From the NCBI GenBank assembly GCA_027491415.1, contig JAOZFH010000018.1:16856-80855 (forward strand): DNA of 64,000 nucleotides, read 5' to 3'. The stretch comes from Thermoproteota archaeon. Lineage in GTDB: Archaea > Korarchaeota > Korarchaeia > Korarchaeales > Korarchaeaceae. The notes beneath the pieces were generated by a model. It made no database searches, was not told where the DNA came from, and saw only the letters and a list, made by a program, of their open reading frames with translations. Positions 1 to 9,570 of the stretch are shown here, piece after piece. Each line of letters begins with the position of its first letter. Within the stretch, counting starts at the first letter, position 1. Made by a program: the position numbers and the translations under genes.

Positions 1-1
1 C

Positions 2-535
2 CCCGGCCTGCTCAGCAACCACCACCTGAACGCCGTCGCCGCCCTGGCCGTGGCGCTGGCGGAGCTGAAGGCCTTCGGGGAGTCCTACGCCGATCAGATC
101 ATCAGGAACGCCAAGGCTCTGGCCCAGGCCCTCCACGACCAGGGATTCAAGGTGTTGGGCGAGAAGAGGGGCTTCACCGAGAGCCACCAGGTGATGGTGG
201 AGGTCGCGGACCTGGGAGGCGGGATGTGGGCCGAGAAGACGCTGGAGGAGGCGAACATCATCGTCAACCGGAACCTCCTGCCCTGGGACATCAAGATGGG
301 CAGGAGCTTCATAGACCCAGGCGGAATCCGCCTCGGGACGTCGGAGGTAACGAGGCTTGGGATGAAGGAGGGTGACATGGAGGAGATAGCCAGGTTCTTC
401 AAGAGGGCCCTGATAGACAAGGAAGATCCCAAGAAGGTTGCCAAGGACGTGGCAGAGTTTAGGGAGAACTTCAGGCACATACACTACGCATTTGAGAGCG
501 CGAAGGAGGCCTACGCCTACATCAGGCTGAGGTGA
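2..535 (+). CDS. glyA: Serine hydroxymethyltransferase, archaeal type (5'-partial)
   Basis: Frame open from window edge: PGLLSNHH...FTESHQV...NIIVNRNLLPWD...GIRLGTSEVTRLGMKE, typical SHMT C-terminal half. Confidence 0.93.
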   Translation, partial: PGLLSNHHLNAVAALAVALAELKAFGESYADQIIRNAKALAQALHDQGFKVLGEKRGFTESHQVMVEVADLGGGMWAEKTLEEANIIVNRNLLPWDIKMGRSFIDPGGIRLGTSEVTRLGMKEGDMEEIARFFKRALIDKEDPKKVAKDVAEFRENFRHIHYAFESAKEAYAYIRLR

Positions 536-553
536 GGGCTCGGCCGGTCTTCG

Positions 554-754
554 CTATCCCTCCCTCTCCTCTCTCTTCGCCCCATCTTCCCCGACCTCCA
601 CCTCTATCTCCCCGTATATCGGCCCCCTGTACCCACAGTCTGGGCACACCCAAATCTCAGGCGTGAGCCATCCCGAGAGGGGGGACTCCTTCCTCAGCCT
701 CGTGCTGCCGCAGATGGGGCAAACCCTGACCCTCTGCGCCTTTCTCCCGCCCAT
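554..754 (-). CDS. Small zinc-ribbon protein
   Basis: CPICG...GWLTP...CPDCGYRGP; acidic tail; last gene of a tight minus-strand trio. Confidence 0.75.
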   Translation of the reverse strand: MGGRKAQRVRVCPICGSTRLRKESPLSGWLTPEIWVCPDCGYRGPIYGEIEVEVGEDGAKREEREG

Positions 755-760
755 CTGTCG

Positions 761-1543
761 TCACCACAGCGGCGGGCCCCTCTTTTCCTTCGTTGGCTCG
801 AATCGAGGCAGCCTCGGAGATATGGGCAGGGGAACCTCCTTGACACCCTCGGGCAGGGTCACCACGAGGTAGGTCTCCGTTCCAAACCTCATCCCGCCGA
901 AGTCGGCGGAGAAGGTGTAGGGGTAGAAGAAGAACAGGTCCTTGGGAACGGTGGGGTCGTGCGGCAGCTCGACCCTGATCGCCGTCTCCCCGGCGAGCGT
1001 GCCGGAGTCGCCCGGGGCGAGGGTCCAAGTGTACTCCCTCCTGTCGCCGTCCACCTCGAGCCACTCCCTCACCATGAGCTCGGCCGTCACGTCCTCGGGG
1101 GCAACGCCCTCGACCTTGATTCTGCCGAGGAGTTCGTCGTCGGGGTGGAACCTCCGACTGTTCAGGACCAGCCAGCCCAGGTCAGTCTCTATCTCCTCTG
1201 GAATCGGGGGGAGGACCTTGATCCGCAGGGTCGACCTCGGGAACAGGATCCTCCCGCCCAGCCGAGGGACCCCGAAGGTGATCGACCACCTCACCTTGTG
1301 CGCCCTGGTGGAGATGGTGGGCGGCAGGCCCCTGGGGTAGCGTATCTCGAACCTCCCGGGCTCAAGCCAGAAGGACTCTTTGTACAGCAGCCTCGCGCTG
1401 GGGATCGCCTCCCCCCTCGTCAGGAGGGTCGACGCCATCCACACTGAGAACACGGCGTAGACCCTGTCGCCCTCTACCACCCCGGCAATGGGCTCGCCCA
1501 GCCTGATGACGCTCCTCTCCACCCTCACGCTAGCCCGCGGCAT
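761..1543 (-). CDS. Hypothetical beta-rich protein, arrestin/SpoOM-like
   Basis: Two internally similar halves (IRLGEPIAGVV / RFHPDDELLGRIKV; LPPTISTRAHKVRW / YPYTFSADFG); fold call is inference. Confidence 0.55.
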   Translation of the reverse strand: MPRASVRVERSVIRLGEPIAGVVEGDRVYAVFSVWMASTLLTRGEAIPSARLLYKESFWLEPGRFEIRYPRGLPPTISTRAHKVRWSITFGVPRLGGRILFPRSTLRIKVLPPIPEEIETDLGWLVLNSRRFHPDDELLGRIKVEGVAPEDVTAELMVREWLEVDGDRREYTWTLAPGDSGTLAGETAIRVELPHDPTVPKDLFFFYPYTFSADFGGMRFGTETYLVVTLPEGVKEVPLPISPRLPRFEPTKEKRGPPLW

Positions 1544-2201
1544 CGAGCAGCACCTCCACCACGTACGTGTCCCTCAGGATGTTGGGCTTCTTGATCACGC
1601 GGATTCCCTCGTAGTCGGTCTTGAAGAGGTGGAGCCTGTGCTTCTTTGGCTTGAGGTCGTGCTCCTTGATAAGCTGGGCAAGCTTCCTTATCAGGCGGTT
1701 CGCCGTCTCCCTGAGGATCTTATCGCGGCCGGGCCTCTTGGCGAATTCCTGCAGGTAGAACTCCTCGAGCTTGACGAGGCTGTACCACCTCAGGAAGAAG
1801 ACGACGTAGAGTATGCCGGTCGAGGTGTAGAGGAGCCAGGGTGCCCAGTCCTTCCCGAGCGTCACAACGATCAGGCCGACCATGAATCCGAGCAGAGCGA
1901 TCCTGAGGAGGAACCTCACCACCAAGAACACTGCCGACCATTTTTTGGCTACATGGTCAATAGCGGGAAGATTGATCACGTAATCCGCGGTCTTCTCAAA
2001 CTTCTTCCTCAAACCCCCCGCAAAGACGTCGGTCAGCTCCTTTGCCCGACGGTCCATCACGTCTCTTATCCTGCGTAGGTCTGTATTTCGGCCAACTCTA
2101 TAACCGTCTGCGGCCTCTATCAGCAAAGCAATGTCCTCTGCCAGTTCTTTGTGTGGTTTCTTTGCACGCAGCCTCAATCCACCACCACCGCTCCCGGGCA
2201 C
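1530..2201 (-). CDS. Hypothetical membrane protein (2 TM)
   Basis: 223 aa ORF with a central hydrophobic hairpin and basic flanks; overlaps next gene by 14 nt. Confidence 0.7.
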   Translation of the reverse strand: MPGSGGGGLRLRAKKPHKELAEDIALLIEAADGYRVGRNTDLRRIRDVMDRRAKELTDVFAGGLRKKFEKTADYVINLPAIDHVAKKWSAVFLVVRFLLRIALLGFMVGLIVVTLGKDWAPWLLYTSTGILYVVFFLRWYSLVKLEEFYLQEFAKRPGRDKILRETANRLIRKLAQLIKEHDLKPKKHRLHLFKTDYEGIRVIKKPNILRDTYVVEVLLDAAG

Positions 2202-2342
2202 CCGTCAGCGGCTCACTAAAACATTTCATGGAGGTTAGGCGGGTCAATTTGTCGAAAGAGTTTTAATATAGACTTTCGTTGAGGGATCCAGCCGTATCCT
2301 ACGGCATAAGTCGAACATAGGGGTTGTAGGGGGTGTATCGCG

Positions 2343-4049
2343 ATGTCTGAGACCCCGACCCTGTTCGTAAGGAGGGCTTCAGGGCTGGTCAGGACAGTGG
2401 GTCCCTTCACGGCCTTCATGATAGTCTTCACACACACCGTCGGCGGAGGAATACACAGGCTCGCCGTAATCGCCGCCTACCAGCACCCCGACGCCTTCGT
2501 GCCCTTCTCGTTCCTGGTTACGGGCATCCTCGCCATGATTCCGACCGCCCTCGTCTACACCATGCTGGGCTCCATGATGCCCAGGACCGGCGGAGACTAC
2601 ATCTTCATCACCAGGGGCTTGAGCCCCGCCCTGGGCTTCTTGGCCTCTTGGGGATTCTGGTTCACCGAGGTGCTGAGCTACGGAATCATAGCTTGGTATA
2701 GCATTGACTTCTTCGTCAGCGCGGCCACCGCGGCTGGAGTCGCTCTGAAGAGCGAGGCATGGCTCTCTAGGGCCCAGTGGATGGCGAGTACTGAGGGGCA
2801 CTGGGTTCTGGGTCTGCTGTTCGTCATAGTGTTCGGCGCCATAGCCCTCTTCGGAATGAAGATCTACGGGTGGATCATCAACATCCTAGGGATCATTGCG
2901 ATAATTGGGTGCCTCAGCAATCTGCTCATCTTGGGAGCCTGGGGTAACAACACCGTCGCCGGTTGGAACTCCATCTACGGCCAGGGCGCCTATCAGAAGA
3001 TAGTCGAGGAGGCGTTTAAGCTGGGCATCCAGAATGGCGATCTGCCCGTGGCTGCCTTCAGCTGGGGCGGCACGATGAAGGCCAGCATAGGGGCCATCTG
3101 GGCATACATAGGAATCGTCTCAGCGGTCTTCGTCGGTGGCGAGCTTAAGTCTCCAGCCATGTCGCTCCTCGTGGCTCAGGTCGTTGGCACGCTTGTGATC
3201 ATGGCCTACTACATAGCCCTGCCGTTCATGGTGTACGGCGCCTGGAAGGTGCCTGAGCAGTACATACCCGCCGATGGCCTCGCCTACCTCAGGGCCAACA
3301 ACATCCCAACTGACAGAGTGTACTTCACCGCGCTCTACGCCTACCTGAAGGGGAAGCTAGGCGCCGACGGAGTGGCTCAGCTGCTCGGCGTACCCTCGAG
3401 CTGGCTCCTGCCCGAGAGGGTGATAACCAGCTTCACCATCCCGCTCGTGCCGAAGGGCATGGAGTGGCTCCAGGTGCTCAACGGCACCATAGTCGGCATC
3501 ATCCTGCTGAAGGACATCCCGGCGTTCTTCGTCGTCGCCAGCAGGATGGTCTTCGCCTGGGCGTTCGACAGGTTCTTCCCGGAGGTCTTCGCCTCGGTCA
3601 ACGAGCAGTTCCACAGCCCGCACTGGGCCATCATCCTCACCATGATAGGGGGCATCGTGGGCGTCTGGCTCACCGCCCAGGGAGACTGGGCCGCTGCGGC
3701 GGACACGACCAACCTGTACCAGTTCGCCGTCATGATGGCCTCGCTGGCTGCCGCGGTCCTGCCGTTCCTCAGGTCCGACCTCTACGAGAAGGCGCCGTAC
3801 AAGTGGGAGATAGGCGGAGTCCCCTTGCTCAGCATCATCGGAGCCTATGCATTTGCGGTGAACTTCTTCTTCTTCTTCGTGGCCACTCACGAGATCTTCT
3901 ACTACTTCGGCGGCTTCAGGCTGATGATCGCGCTGCATCAGGCCTTCTGGATGGGCCTTGGCGCCTTCATCTTCATGGGCTTCTTGGCCTACAACCAGAG
4001 GCGCGGCATCGACGTGAGGACCATCTACACGGAGATCCCGCCCGCCTGA
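2343..4049 (+). CDS. APC-family amino acid/amine permease
   Basis: LFVRRASGLVR N-terminus, MPRTGGDY, SRMVFAWAFDRFFP, about 12 TM, IYTEIPPA end. Confidence 0.92.
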   Translation: MSETPTLFVRRASGLVRTVGPFTAFMIVFTHTVGGGIHRLAVIAAYQHPDAFVPFSFLVTGILAMIPTALVYTMLGSMMPRTGGDYIFITRGLSPALGFLASWGFWFTEVLSYGIIAWYSIDFFVSAATAAGVALKSEAWLSRAQWMASTEGHWVLGLLFVIVFGAIALFGMKIYGWIINILGIIAIIGCLSNLLILGAWGNNTVAGWNSIYGQGAYQKIVEEAFKLGIQNGDLPVAAFSWGGTMKASIGAIWAYIGIVSAVFVGGELKSPAMSLLVAQVVGTLVIMAYYIALPFMVYGAWKVPEQYIPADGLAYLRANNIPTDRVYFTALYAYLKGKLGADGVAQLLGVPSSWLLPERVITSFTIPLVPKGMEWLQVLNGTIVGIILLKDIPAFFVVASRMVFAWAFDRFFPEVFASVNEQFHSPHWAIILTMIGGIVGVWLTAQGDWAAAADTTNLYQFAVMMASLAAAVLPFLRSDLYEKAPYKWEIGGVPLLSIIGAYAFAVNFFFFFVATHEIFYYFGGFRLMIALHQAFWMGLGAFIFMGFLAYNQRRGIDVRTIYTEIPPA

Positions 4050-4077
4050 GGGGCCCTCCCCCTCCTTTCCCTTTTTG
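4050..4077 (+). terminator. Pyrimidine/T-rich archaeal-type terminator candidate
   Basis: ccctccccctcctttccctttttg directly after the permease stop. Confidence 0.35.
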
Positions 4078-4159
4078 GCTCTCTCAGGTGCCTTAAGTGG
4101 GTGGTTTGACCTCCTGATTTGCTCCTCCCAGAGTTCAACCTTTATTTGGGTCGTGACTC

Positions 4160-5164
4160 ATGTCATGGTCCGACAGTGAGAGGTGGTTTCTGTTGGAGAG
4201 TTTCAGGATATTCTTCTCGGCGGACACCCACGGGAACACCGTGGTCTGGAGGAAGTGGCTCAGCGCCGTGCAGGTCTACAAGGCCGACGTGCTGATCTTC
4301 GCCGGAGACCTCACCGGCAAGGCTATTGTCCCCGTCTTCGACTACGGTGACCACTACGAGGCCGAGGTGCTGGGGCAGAAGAGGAAGGCGAAGACCAGGG
4401 ATGAGCTCCAGAAGCTCCTAGACTTCATCGAGGGCCTGAGCTACTACTACATTGTGGCCACCCCGGACGAGATCCAGGAGATAGCCGCAGATCCCAAGAA
4501 GCAGGCGGAACTGTTCGAGAGGCTGATGAAAGAGAGGATGAAGAAGTGGCTTGACCTCATCATTGAGAAGCTGAACCTAAACGAGGTGCTCCCCATCGTA
4601 ATGCCTGGGAACGACGACGAGCAGTACATAGACGAGATAATCAAGTCCTACGAGGACAGGGGCATCGTCTACCCCCTGGATAAGGTTGTGGAGATTCCCC
4701 TGGGCTACGCGATCGTGAGCCACGAGTACGTCAATCCCACCCCCTGGAACACGCCTAGGGAGGCCCCTGAGCCCAAGCTGAAGAAGATGCTTGAGAAGAA
4801 GATCAAGTGGGCAATGGACAAGGGCTACACCGACTTCGACAAGATAATCTTCAACTTCCACTGCCCGCCCTGGAACACGAAGCTCGACCTGGCGCCCAAG
4901 CTCACGAAGGACCTCAAGCCAGTCTACATCGGCGGCAAGCCCGTGATGGTTCACGTGGGATCCAAGGCGGTCAGGGAGGTCATAGAGAAGTACCAGCCCA
5001 TCCTGGGCCTGCACGGACACATCCACGAAAGCTACGCCAGCGACAAGATCGGCAGGACCGTGGTGCTCAACCCCGGGAGCGAGTACAGCGAGGGCATCCT
5101 GAGGGGCTTCGTGGTGGAGCTCACCGAGGAGGGCCTCAAGAACTGGTGGAAGATCGAGGGCTGA
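4160..5164 (+). CDS. Calcineurin-like metallophosphoesterase (Icc-related)
   Basis: ADTHG, GDLTGK, GNDD, HCPP, HGHIHE, NPGS motifs; true start may be the TTG near 4193. Confidence 0.9.
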   Translation: MSWSDSERWFLLESFRIFFSADTHGNTVVWRKWLSAVQVYKADVLIFAGDLTGKAIVPVFDYGDHYEAEVLGQKRKAKTRDELQKLLDFIEGLSYYYIVATPDEIQEIAADPKKQAELFERLMKERMKKWLDLIIEKLNLNEVLPIVMPGNDDEQYIDEIIKSYEDRGIVYPLDKVVEIPLGYAIVSHEYVNPTPWNTPREAPEPKLKKMLEKKIKWAMDKGYTDFDKIIFNFHCPPWNTKLDLAPKLTKDLKPVYIGGKPVMVHVGSKAVREVIEKYQPILGLHGHIHESYASDKIGRTVVLNPGSEYSEGILRGFVVELTEEGLKNWWKIEG

Positions 5165-5180
5165 ACCCAGGGGTGCCCGC

Positions 5181-6023
5181 ATGACCGAGGGTCACGAGGG
5201 AATCCACTTCGTCGAGCTGGATCCGGAGAAGTTCGTTCAGGAGTGCGTCGACATAATCAAGAGGGCCCAGGATAGGGGCATCGTCATCAGGATCCTCGGC
5301 GCGATGGCCGTCTACTTACACACCCAAGACAACCCCCGCGCCAGGGAGATACACCAGACCAGGTTCGGGGCCGGAGCGCCGATGTTCACCGACCTAGACG
5401 TCATGGCCTACAAGAAGCAGAAGAAGAAGATCAAGGAGTTCTTCGAGAAGGAGCTGAGGTTCCTCCCCGACAAGATGATCAACGCCCTGTTCGGAGACAG
5501 GAGGCTGATCTACTACCACCCGGAGGGGAAGTACCACGTCGATGTCTTCTTCGACAAGCTGGAGTTCAGCCACGACGTCCCGTTCGGGAAGAAGCCCGGC
5601 GAGGGGAGGCTCGAGCTGAGCTTCCCCGCCATCTCCCCGACTGACGTGGTGCTCGAGAAGCTCCAGATCCACGAGATCAACCCCAAGGACCTCGTCGATC
5701 TGATCGTCCTATTCCTGACGCACGAGATCGCGGATGAGGAGGGGGAGGGCAAGATCAACGGCAAGTACATCGCCCAGCTCCTGGCGGAGGACTGGGGCTT
5801 CTGGTACGACGCCGTGAACAACCTGAACCTGGTCAAGAAGTACGCCGACCAGATGGTGGGGGAGGGTAGGCTGAAGCCCGAGGAGAGAGATCTCGTTGCC
5901 CAGAAGGTGGATCGACTTCTCGGGAAGATAGAGGCGGAACCGAAGTCCAAGAAGTGGCAGAAGAGGGCCAAGACGGGCACCAAGAAGAAGTGGTGGCGCG
6001 ACGTCGAGGAGGTCGTGAGGTAG
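5181..6023 (+). CDS. Pol-beta-superfamily nucleotidyltransferase-like protein
   Basis: ILGAMAVYLH...TDLDV...HVDVF...LEKLQI...KDLVDL pattern. Confidence 0.65.
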   Translation: MTEGHEGIHFVELDPEKFVQECVDIIKRAQDRGIVIRILGAMAVYLHTQDNPRAREIHQTRFGAGAPMFTDLDVMAYKKQKKKIKEFFEKELRFLPDKMINALFGDRRLIYYHPEGKYHVDVFFDKLEFSHDVPFGKKPGEGRLELSFPAISPTDVVLEKLQIHEINPKDLVDLIVLFLTHEIADEEGEGKINGKYIAQLLAEDWGFWYDAVNNLNLVKKYADQMVGEGRLKPEERDLVAQKVDRLLGKIEAEPKSKKWQKRAKTGTKKKWWRDVEEVVR

Positions 6024-6069
6024 ACCTCCCCACCCAAACTATTTGAGGAGCCACCCGCAGGCCCGGGTG

Positions 6070-7455
6070 ATGCCAGACGTCGAGTGGCTCGTTGAGAGGG
6101 CCGAGTCTCTGGGGGCTGAGTTCGCGGAGGTCAGGTGGCAGAGGGTCGAGAGCACGCGACTCGTGGTCGTTGACGGCACGCTGAGGGAGCTCAACACCGG
6201 CGTCCGCGAGGGCTTCGGCATCAGGGCATTTGTGGGCGGAGCCTGGGGTTTCTCCACCGTCCACGGCGGAGACGAGTCCGCCGCCATGAGGGCCGTCGAG
6301 GAGGCCGTCAGGCTGGCCTCAGCCGCCTCCAAGCTGAAGTCCGAGAGCTTCAAGATGGGAGGCGAACCGAGCTCGGGCACGTGGGAGACCCGCGCCCGGA
6401 TGGACCCGAGGGAGGTGGACATATCCCGGAAGATCGACTTCACGATGGAGCTGAACGACTCAGCCAGGGCCGTCGACCAGAGGGTCAAGAACGTGAACGC
6501 GGCATACGTCGACACGGTCTCTGAGGAGAGGATAGCGAACACGCTGGGGACTCGAGTGTCCCAGGAAATCGTCAGGACGCGGGCAGCCGTTCAGATCTTT
6601 GCCCACGAGGCCGGGACGACCGAGAGGGCGTTTGAAAGCGTCGGCGGACTCGGAGGCTTTGAGATGGTTCAGACCGACAAGGCCTTGGCCATGGGGGAGG
6701 AGGCCGCCAGGCGCGCCGTCGACCTCCTCTCGGCCAAGTCGGCTCCGGCCGGTCCGTTCAAGGCCATACTGGACCCCAAGCTTGCGGGGGTCTTCATCCA
6801 CGAGGCGTTTGGCCACGCCTGCGAGGCCGACGAGGTTCTGGCGAAGATGAGCATCCTCGAGGGGAGGATAGGCGAGAGGGTCGGCAGGGAGATCGTGAAC
6901 GTGTCAGACGACCCGACCCTACCGGGCCTGTACGGTTCCTACGCGTTCGACTCCGAGGGTTCCCGCGCGAGGAAGAAGCACCTAGTCAGGGAGGGGGTGC
7001 TGACTTCATTCATGCACAACCTGGAGACGGCCAGCCGAATGGGCACGGTCAGCACCGGCAACGGGAGGGCCACGGACTACTCCCACCCGCCCATAGTCCG
7101 GATGAGCAACACGTTCATAGAGCCCGGGGACTGGGGCGTCGAGGAGATGTTCGCGGAGGTGAGAGACGGGATATACGCCGCGGGCAGCCTCTACGGCTAC
7201 ACCGACCCAGCGAAGGGAGAGTTCGTGTTCAAGGCCGAGGGAGGGTGGCGCATCAAGAACGGAGAGCGGGTGGAGAGGCTCAGGGAGGTGGCCATAACCG
7301 GCACGATCTTGGAGATACTTCACAACATCTCCGCAGTCGGCAGGGATCTCCAGTATGACCCAGGCCACTGCGGCAAGTTCGGCCAGTGGGTGCCGGTGAC
7401 GACCGGGTCTCCACACATACTGGTGGAGCGGGTCGTCTTCGGGGGCATGAGGTGA
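6070..7455 (+). CDS. tldD: TldD-family metalloprotease
   Basis: FIHEAFGHACEAD, FDSEG, GNGRA, RMSNT, CGKFGQ; ATG at 6070 chosen. Confidence 0.93.
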   Translation: MPDVEWLVERAESLGAEFAEVRWQRVESTRLVVVDGTLRELNTGVREGFGIRAFVGGAWGFSTVHGGDESAAMRAVEEAVRLASAASKLKSESFKMGGEPSSGTWETRARMDPREVDISRKIDFTMELNDSARAVDQRVKNVNAAYVDTVSEERIANTLGTRVSQEIVRTRAAVQIFAHEAGTTERAFESVGGLGGFEMVQTDKALAMGEEAARRAVDLLSAKSAPAGPFKAILDPKLAGVFIHEAFGHACEADEVLAKMSILEGRIGERVGREIVNVSDDPTLPGLYGSYAFDSEGSRARKKHLVREGVLTSFMHNLETASRMGTVSTGNGRATDYSHPPIVRMSNTFIEPGDWGVEEMFAEVRDGIYAAGSLYGYTDPAKGEFVFKAEGGWRIKNGERVERLREVAITGTILEILHNISAVGRDLQYDPGHCGKFGQWVPVTTGSPHILVERVVFGGMR

Positions 7456-7460
7456 TCGGT

Positions 7461-8795
7461 ATGGTGGACCTGCTGAGCGTAGGCGAGGATGTCGTCAGGA
7501 GGGCCGCCTCCGAGGGGGCCGAGGAGGCCGAGGCCTTCCTCGTCACCGGGAGGAGGATCTCCGTCGAGGTGGAGAAGGGAGAGGTCAAGACCGCCCGCTC
7601 CGAGATACTGTCGGGCATAGGCGTCAGGTCGGTCGTTCAGGGGAAGGTGGGCTTCGCCTACGCCACCAGCCTTTCTGACGCGCTCGATGTGGCTGTCAAG
7701 TCCGTAAAGAACGCCCTGGCCAGCAAGCCCGACCCTCACTTCAAGGGCCTGCCGGAACCCGGCCGCGTGTCTCCAGTAGAGGGTCTGTTTGACCCGCGGG
7801 TCGCCGACCTAGACGTGGCAGAGGCCGTGGAGTTCATCGGCGAGATGGTGTCCGCGGCAAGTTCCAAGGCCGGAGTCGTGTCGGTCGGCGGCGCCATGAG
7901 CGCCTCTTCCCAAGAGGTCGCAGTGGTGAGCAGCCGGGGAGTGAGCCTCTCCGAGAAGAGGACCTCCACATCTCTCTACGCGTTCGTGGCCGCGAGGGAT
8001 GGAGACAAGAGCAGCTCTGGCTTCGAGGTCAACTCTGGAAGGTTCTTGGGGGAGATAAATCCTTCGTGGGTGGGCTTCCAGGCCGGGGAGCTTGCCTCTA
8101 CCCTCCTCGAGGCCGTCAGAATCGAGACGGGCACGTACCCGATGGTGATAGACCCGCTGACCATGAGGCCCTTCATAGGCTTCCTGGTCTCTGCGGCGGC
8201 GAACGGCGAGAACGTGATGTATGGGAGGAGCTTTCTGGCGGGAAAGATCGGCCAGACGGTGGCGTCCGAGGGGGTGACCATACTCGACGACGGGACCCTG
8301 GCAGGGGGGGAGGGCAGCGCGAGCTTCGACGGGGAGGGCGTTCCGACTAGGAGGACCCCGATAGTGGAGAGGGGGGTACTCAGGAACTACATTCACAACA
8401 CGTATACCGCCGGCAGGATGGGGGTCGAGTCCACAGGAAACGCCTCCAGGTCCTTCGACTCGCTCCCCGGGGTAGGGTCTCGCAACGTCATCTTGGAGGC
8501 ACCGGATCTGGAGGTGTCGAACGAAGACCTCTTTGACGTCAAGAGGGGAGTTCTGCTCAAACTTACGGAGGACAGGCCAAACTTGGCCAACGGAGAGTTC
8601 AGCGGAATGGTCTACATGGGCTTCCTCATCGAGAACGGGGAGGTCACCACGGGCATCAGGGAGGCCAGCTTCGGGATACACCTCGTCGATCTCCTTAGGG
8701 GCATAGACGCGGTTGGCAGGGAAAAGAGGGCTGTGATGGGCACCATTTCACCGCCTGTGAGGGTTAGGGAGGTCCGGGTGGCCGGACCCTCCTGA
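7461..8795 (+). CDS. pmbA: PmbA/TldE family protein
   Basis: EAEAF, FDGEGVP, STGNAS, GEFSG; no HExxxH; follows tldD, with AGGTGA upstream of ATG. Confidence 0.88.
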   Translation: MVDLLSVGEDVVRRAASEGAEEAEAFLVTGRRISVEVEKGEVKTARSEILSGIGVRSVVQGKVGFAYATSLSDALDVAVKSVKNALASKPDPHFKGLPEPGRVSPVEGLFDPRVADLDVAEAVEFIGEMVSAASSKAGVVSVGGAMSASSQEVAVVSSRGVSLSEKRTSTSLYAFVAARDGDKSSSGFEVNSGRFLGEINPSWVGFQAGELASTLLEAVRIETGTYPMVIDPLTMRPFIGFLVSAAANGENVMYGRSFLAGKIGQTVASEGVTILDDGTLAGGEGSASFDGEGVPTRRTPIVERGVLRNYIHNTYTAGRMGVESTGNASRSFDSLPGVGSRNVILEAPDLEVSNEDLFDVKRGVLLKLTEDRPNLANGEFSGMVYMGFLIENGEVTTGIREASFGIHLVDLLRGIDAVGREKRAVMGTISPPVRVREVRVAGPS

Positions 8796-8858
8796 CGCCC
8801 TCCCCCTATAACCACCGTTGAGTTTTAATCTGGGGCCTGGTTAACACCGTGATAGGAT

Positions 8859-9092
8859 ATGTTGCTCGAGTCCCACATTCGGATGCTGAGAGAGGTCGCC
8901 GAGGCGGGCGAGGATGGTGTTCCAGCGAGCGAGCTCATCCCAAAGAGGGAGTACAGGGAGTTTGTCCTGAAGTTCCTCTCAAGAAAGGGGTACATCAGGG
9001 TCAAGAGGCAGGGCGCCGGTGGGAGGGTCTACATAACCCCCAAGGGGCTTCGGCTCATCAGGTCTAGGGCCCGATCGGAGAAGAGGGCTTAG
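8859..9092 (+). CDS. Small winged-helix protein
   Basis: LKFLSRKGYIRV...VYITPKG wHTH signature. Confidence 0.7.
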   Translation: MLLESHIRMLREVAEAGEDGVPASELIPKREYREFVLKFLSRKGYIRVKRQGAGGRVYITPKGLRLIRSRARSEKRA

Positions 9093-9093
9093 G

Positions 9094-9570
9094 TTAAGAA
9101 CCCGTTACACTGAAGCCGTCTAACCTTCCCTTCTCTTTCTCGACAACCTCAATCCGCTCGATCTTGGTGTGAGGGTACTGGCCGCGCTCGTCCTTCTCGT
9201 ACTTCTTTACCATGTCCCACACCGCCAAGAGCGCCGCGGAGACGCCGGCGAGGGCCTCCATCTCAACCCCCGTCTTGCCGACGCTCTTCACGATGACCTC
9301 CACCTCGACCCCATCGTCTAGCGCCCGGATGTCCACCTCTACCCCGGTGATGGGGATGGGGTGGCAGAGGGGCACCAGCTCGGGGGTCCTCTTGACAGCC
9401 AAGATTGCGGCCACCCTGGCCACCGAGTACACGTCGCCCTTCTCGACCTTTCCCTCTCTTATTCTCCTCAGGCTCTCCTCGGTCAGCCTGATGAATCCGC
9501 GGGCACGCGCGGCCCTGAACACGTCCCCCTTACCCGTTATGTCCACCATCCTAACGTCCAGCGACAACAC
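9094..9570 (-). CDS. moaC: Cyclic pyranopterin monophosphate synthase
   Basis: MVDITGK, LVPLCHPI, KTGVEMEAL, WDMVKKYEKD. Confidence 0.96.
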   Translation of the reverse strand: MLSLDVRMVDITGKGDVFRAARARGFIRLTEESLRRIREGKVEKGDVYSVARVAAILAVKRTPELVPLCHPIPITGVEVDIRALDDGVEVEVIVKSVGKTGVEMEALAGVSAALLAVWDMVKKYEKDERGQYPHTKIERIEVVEKEKGRLDGFSVTGS

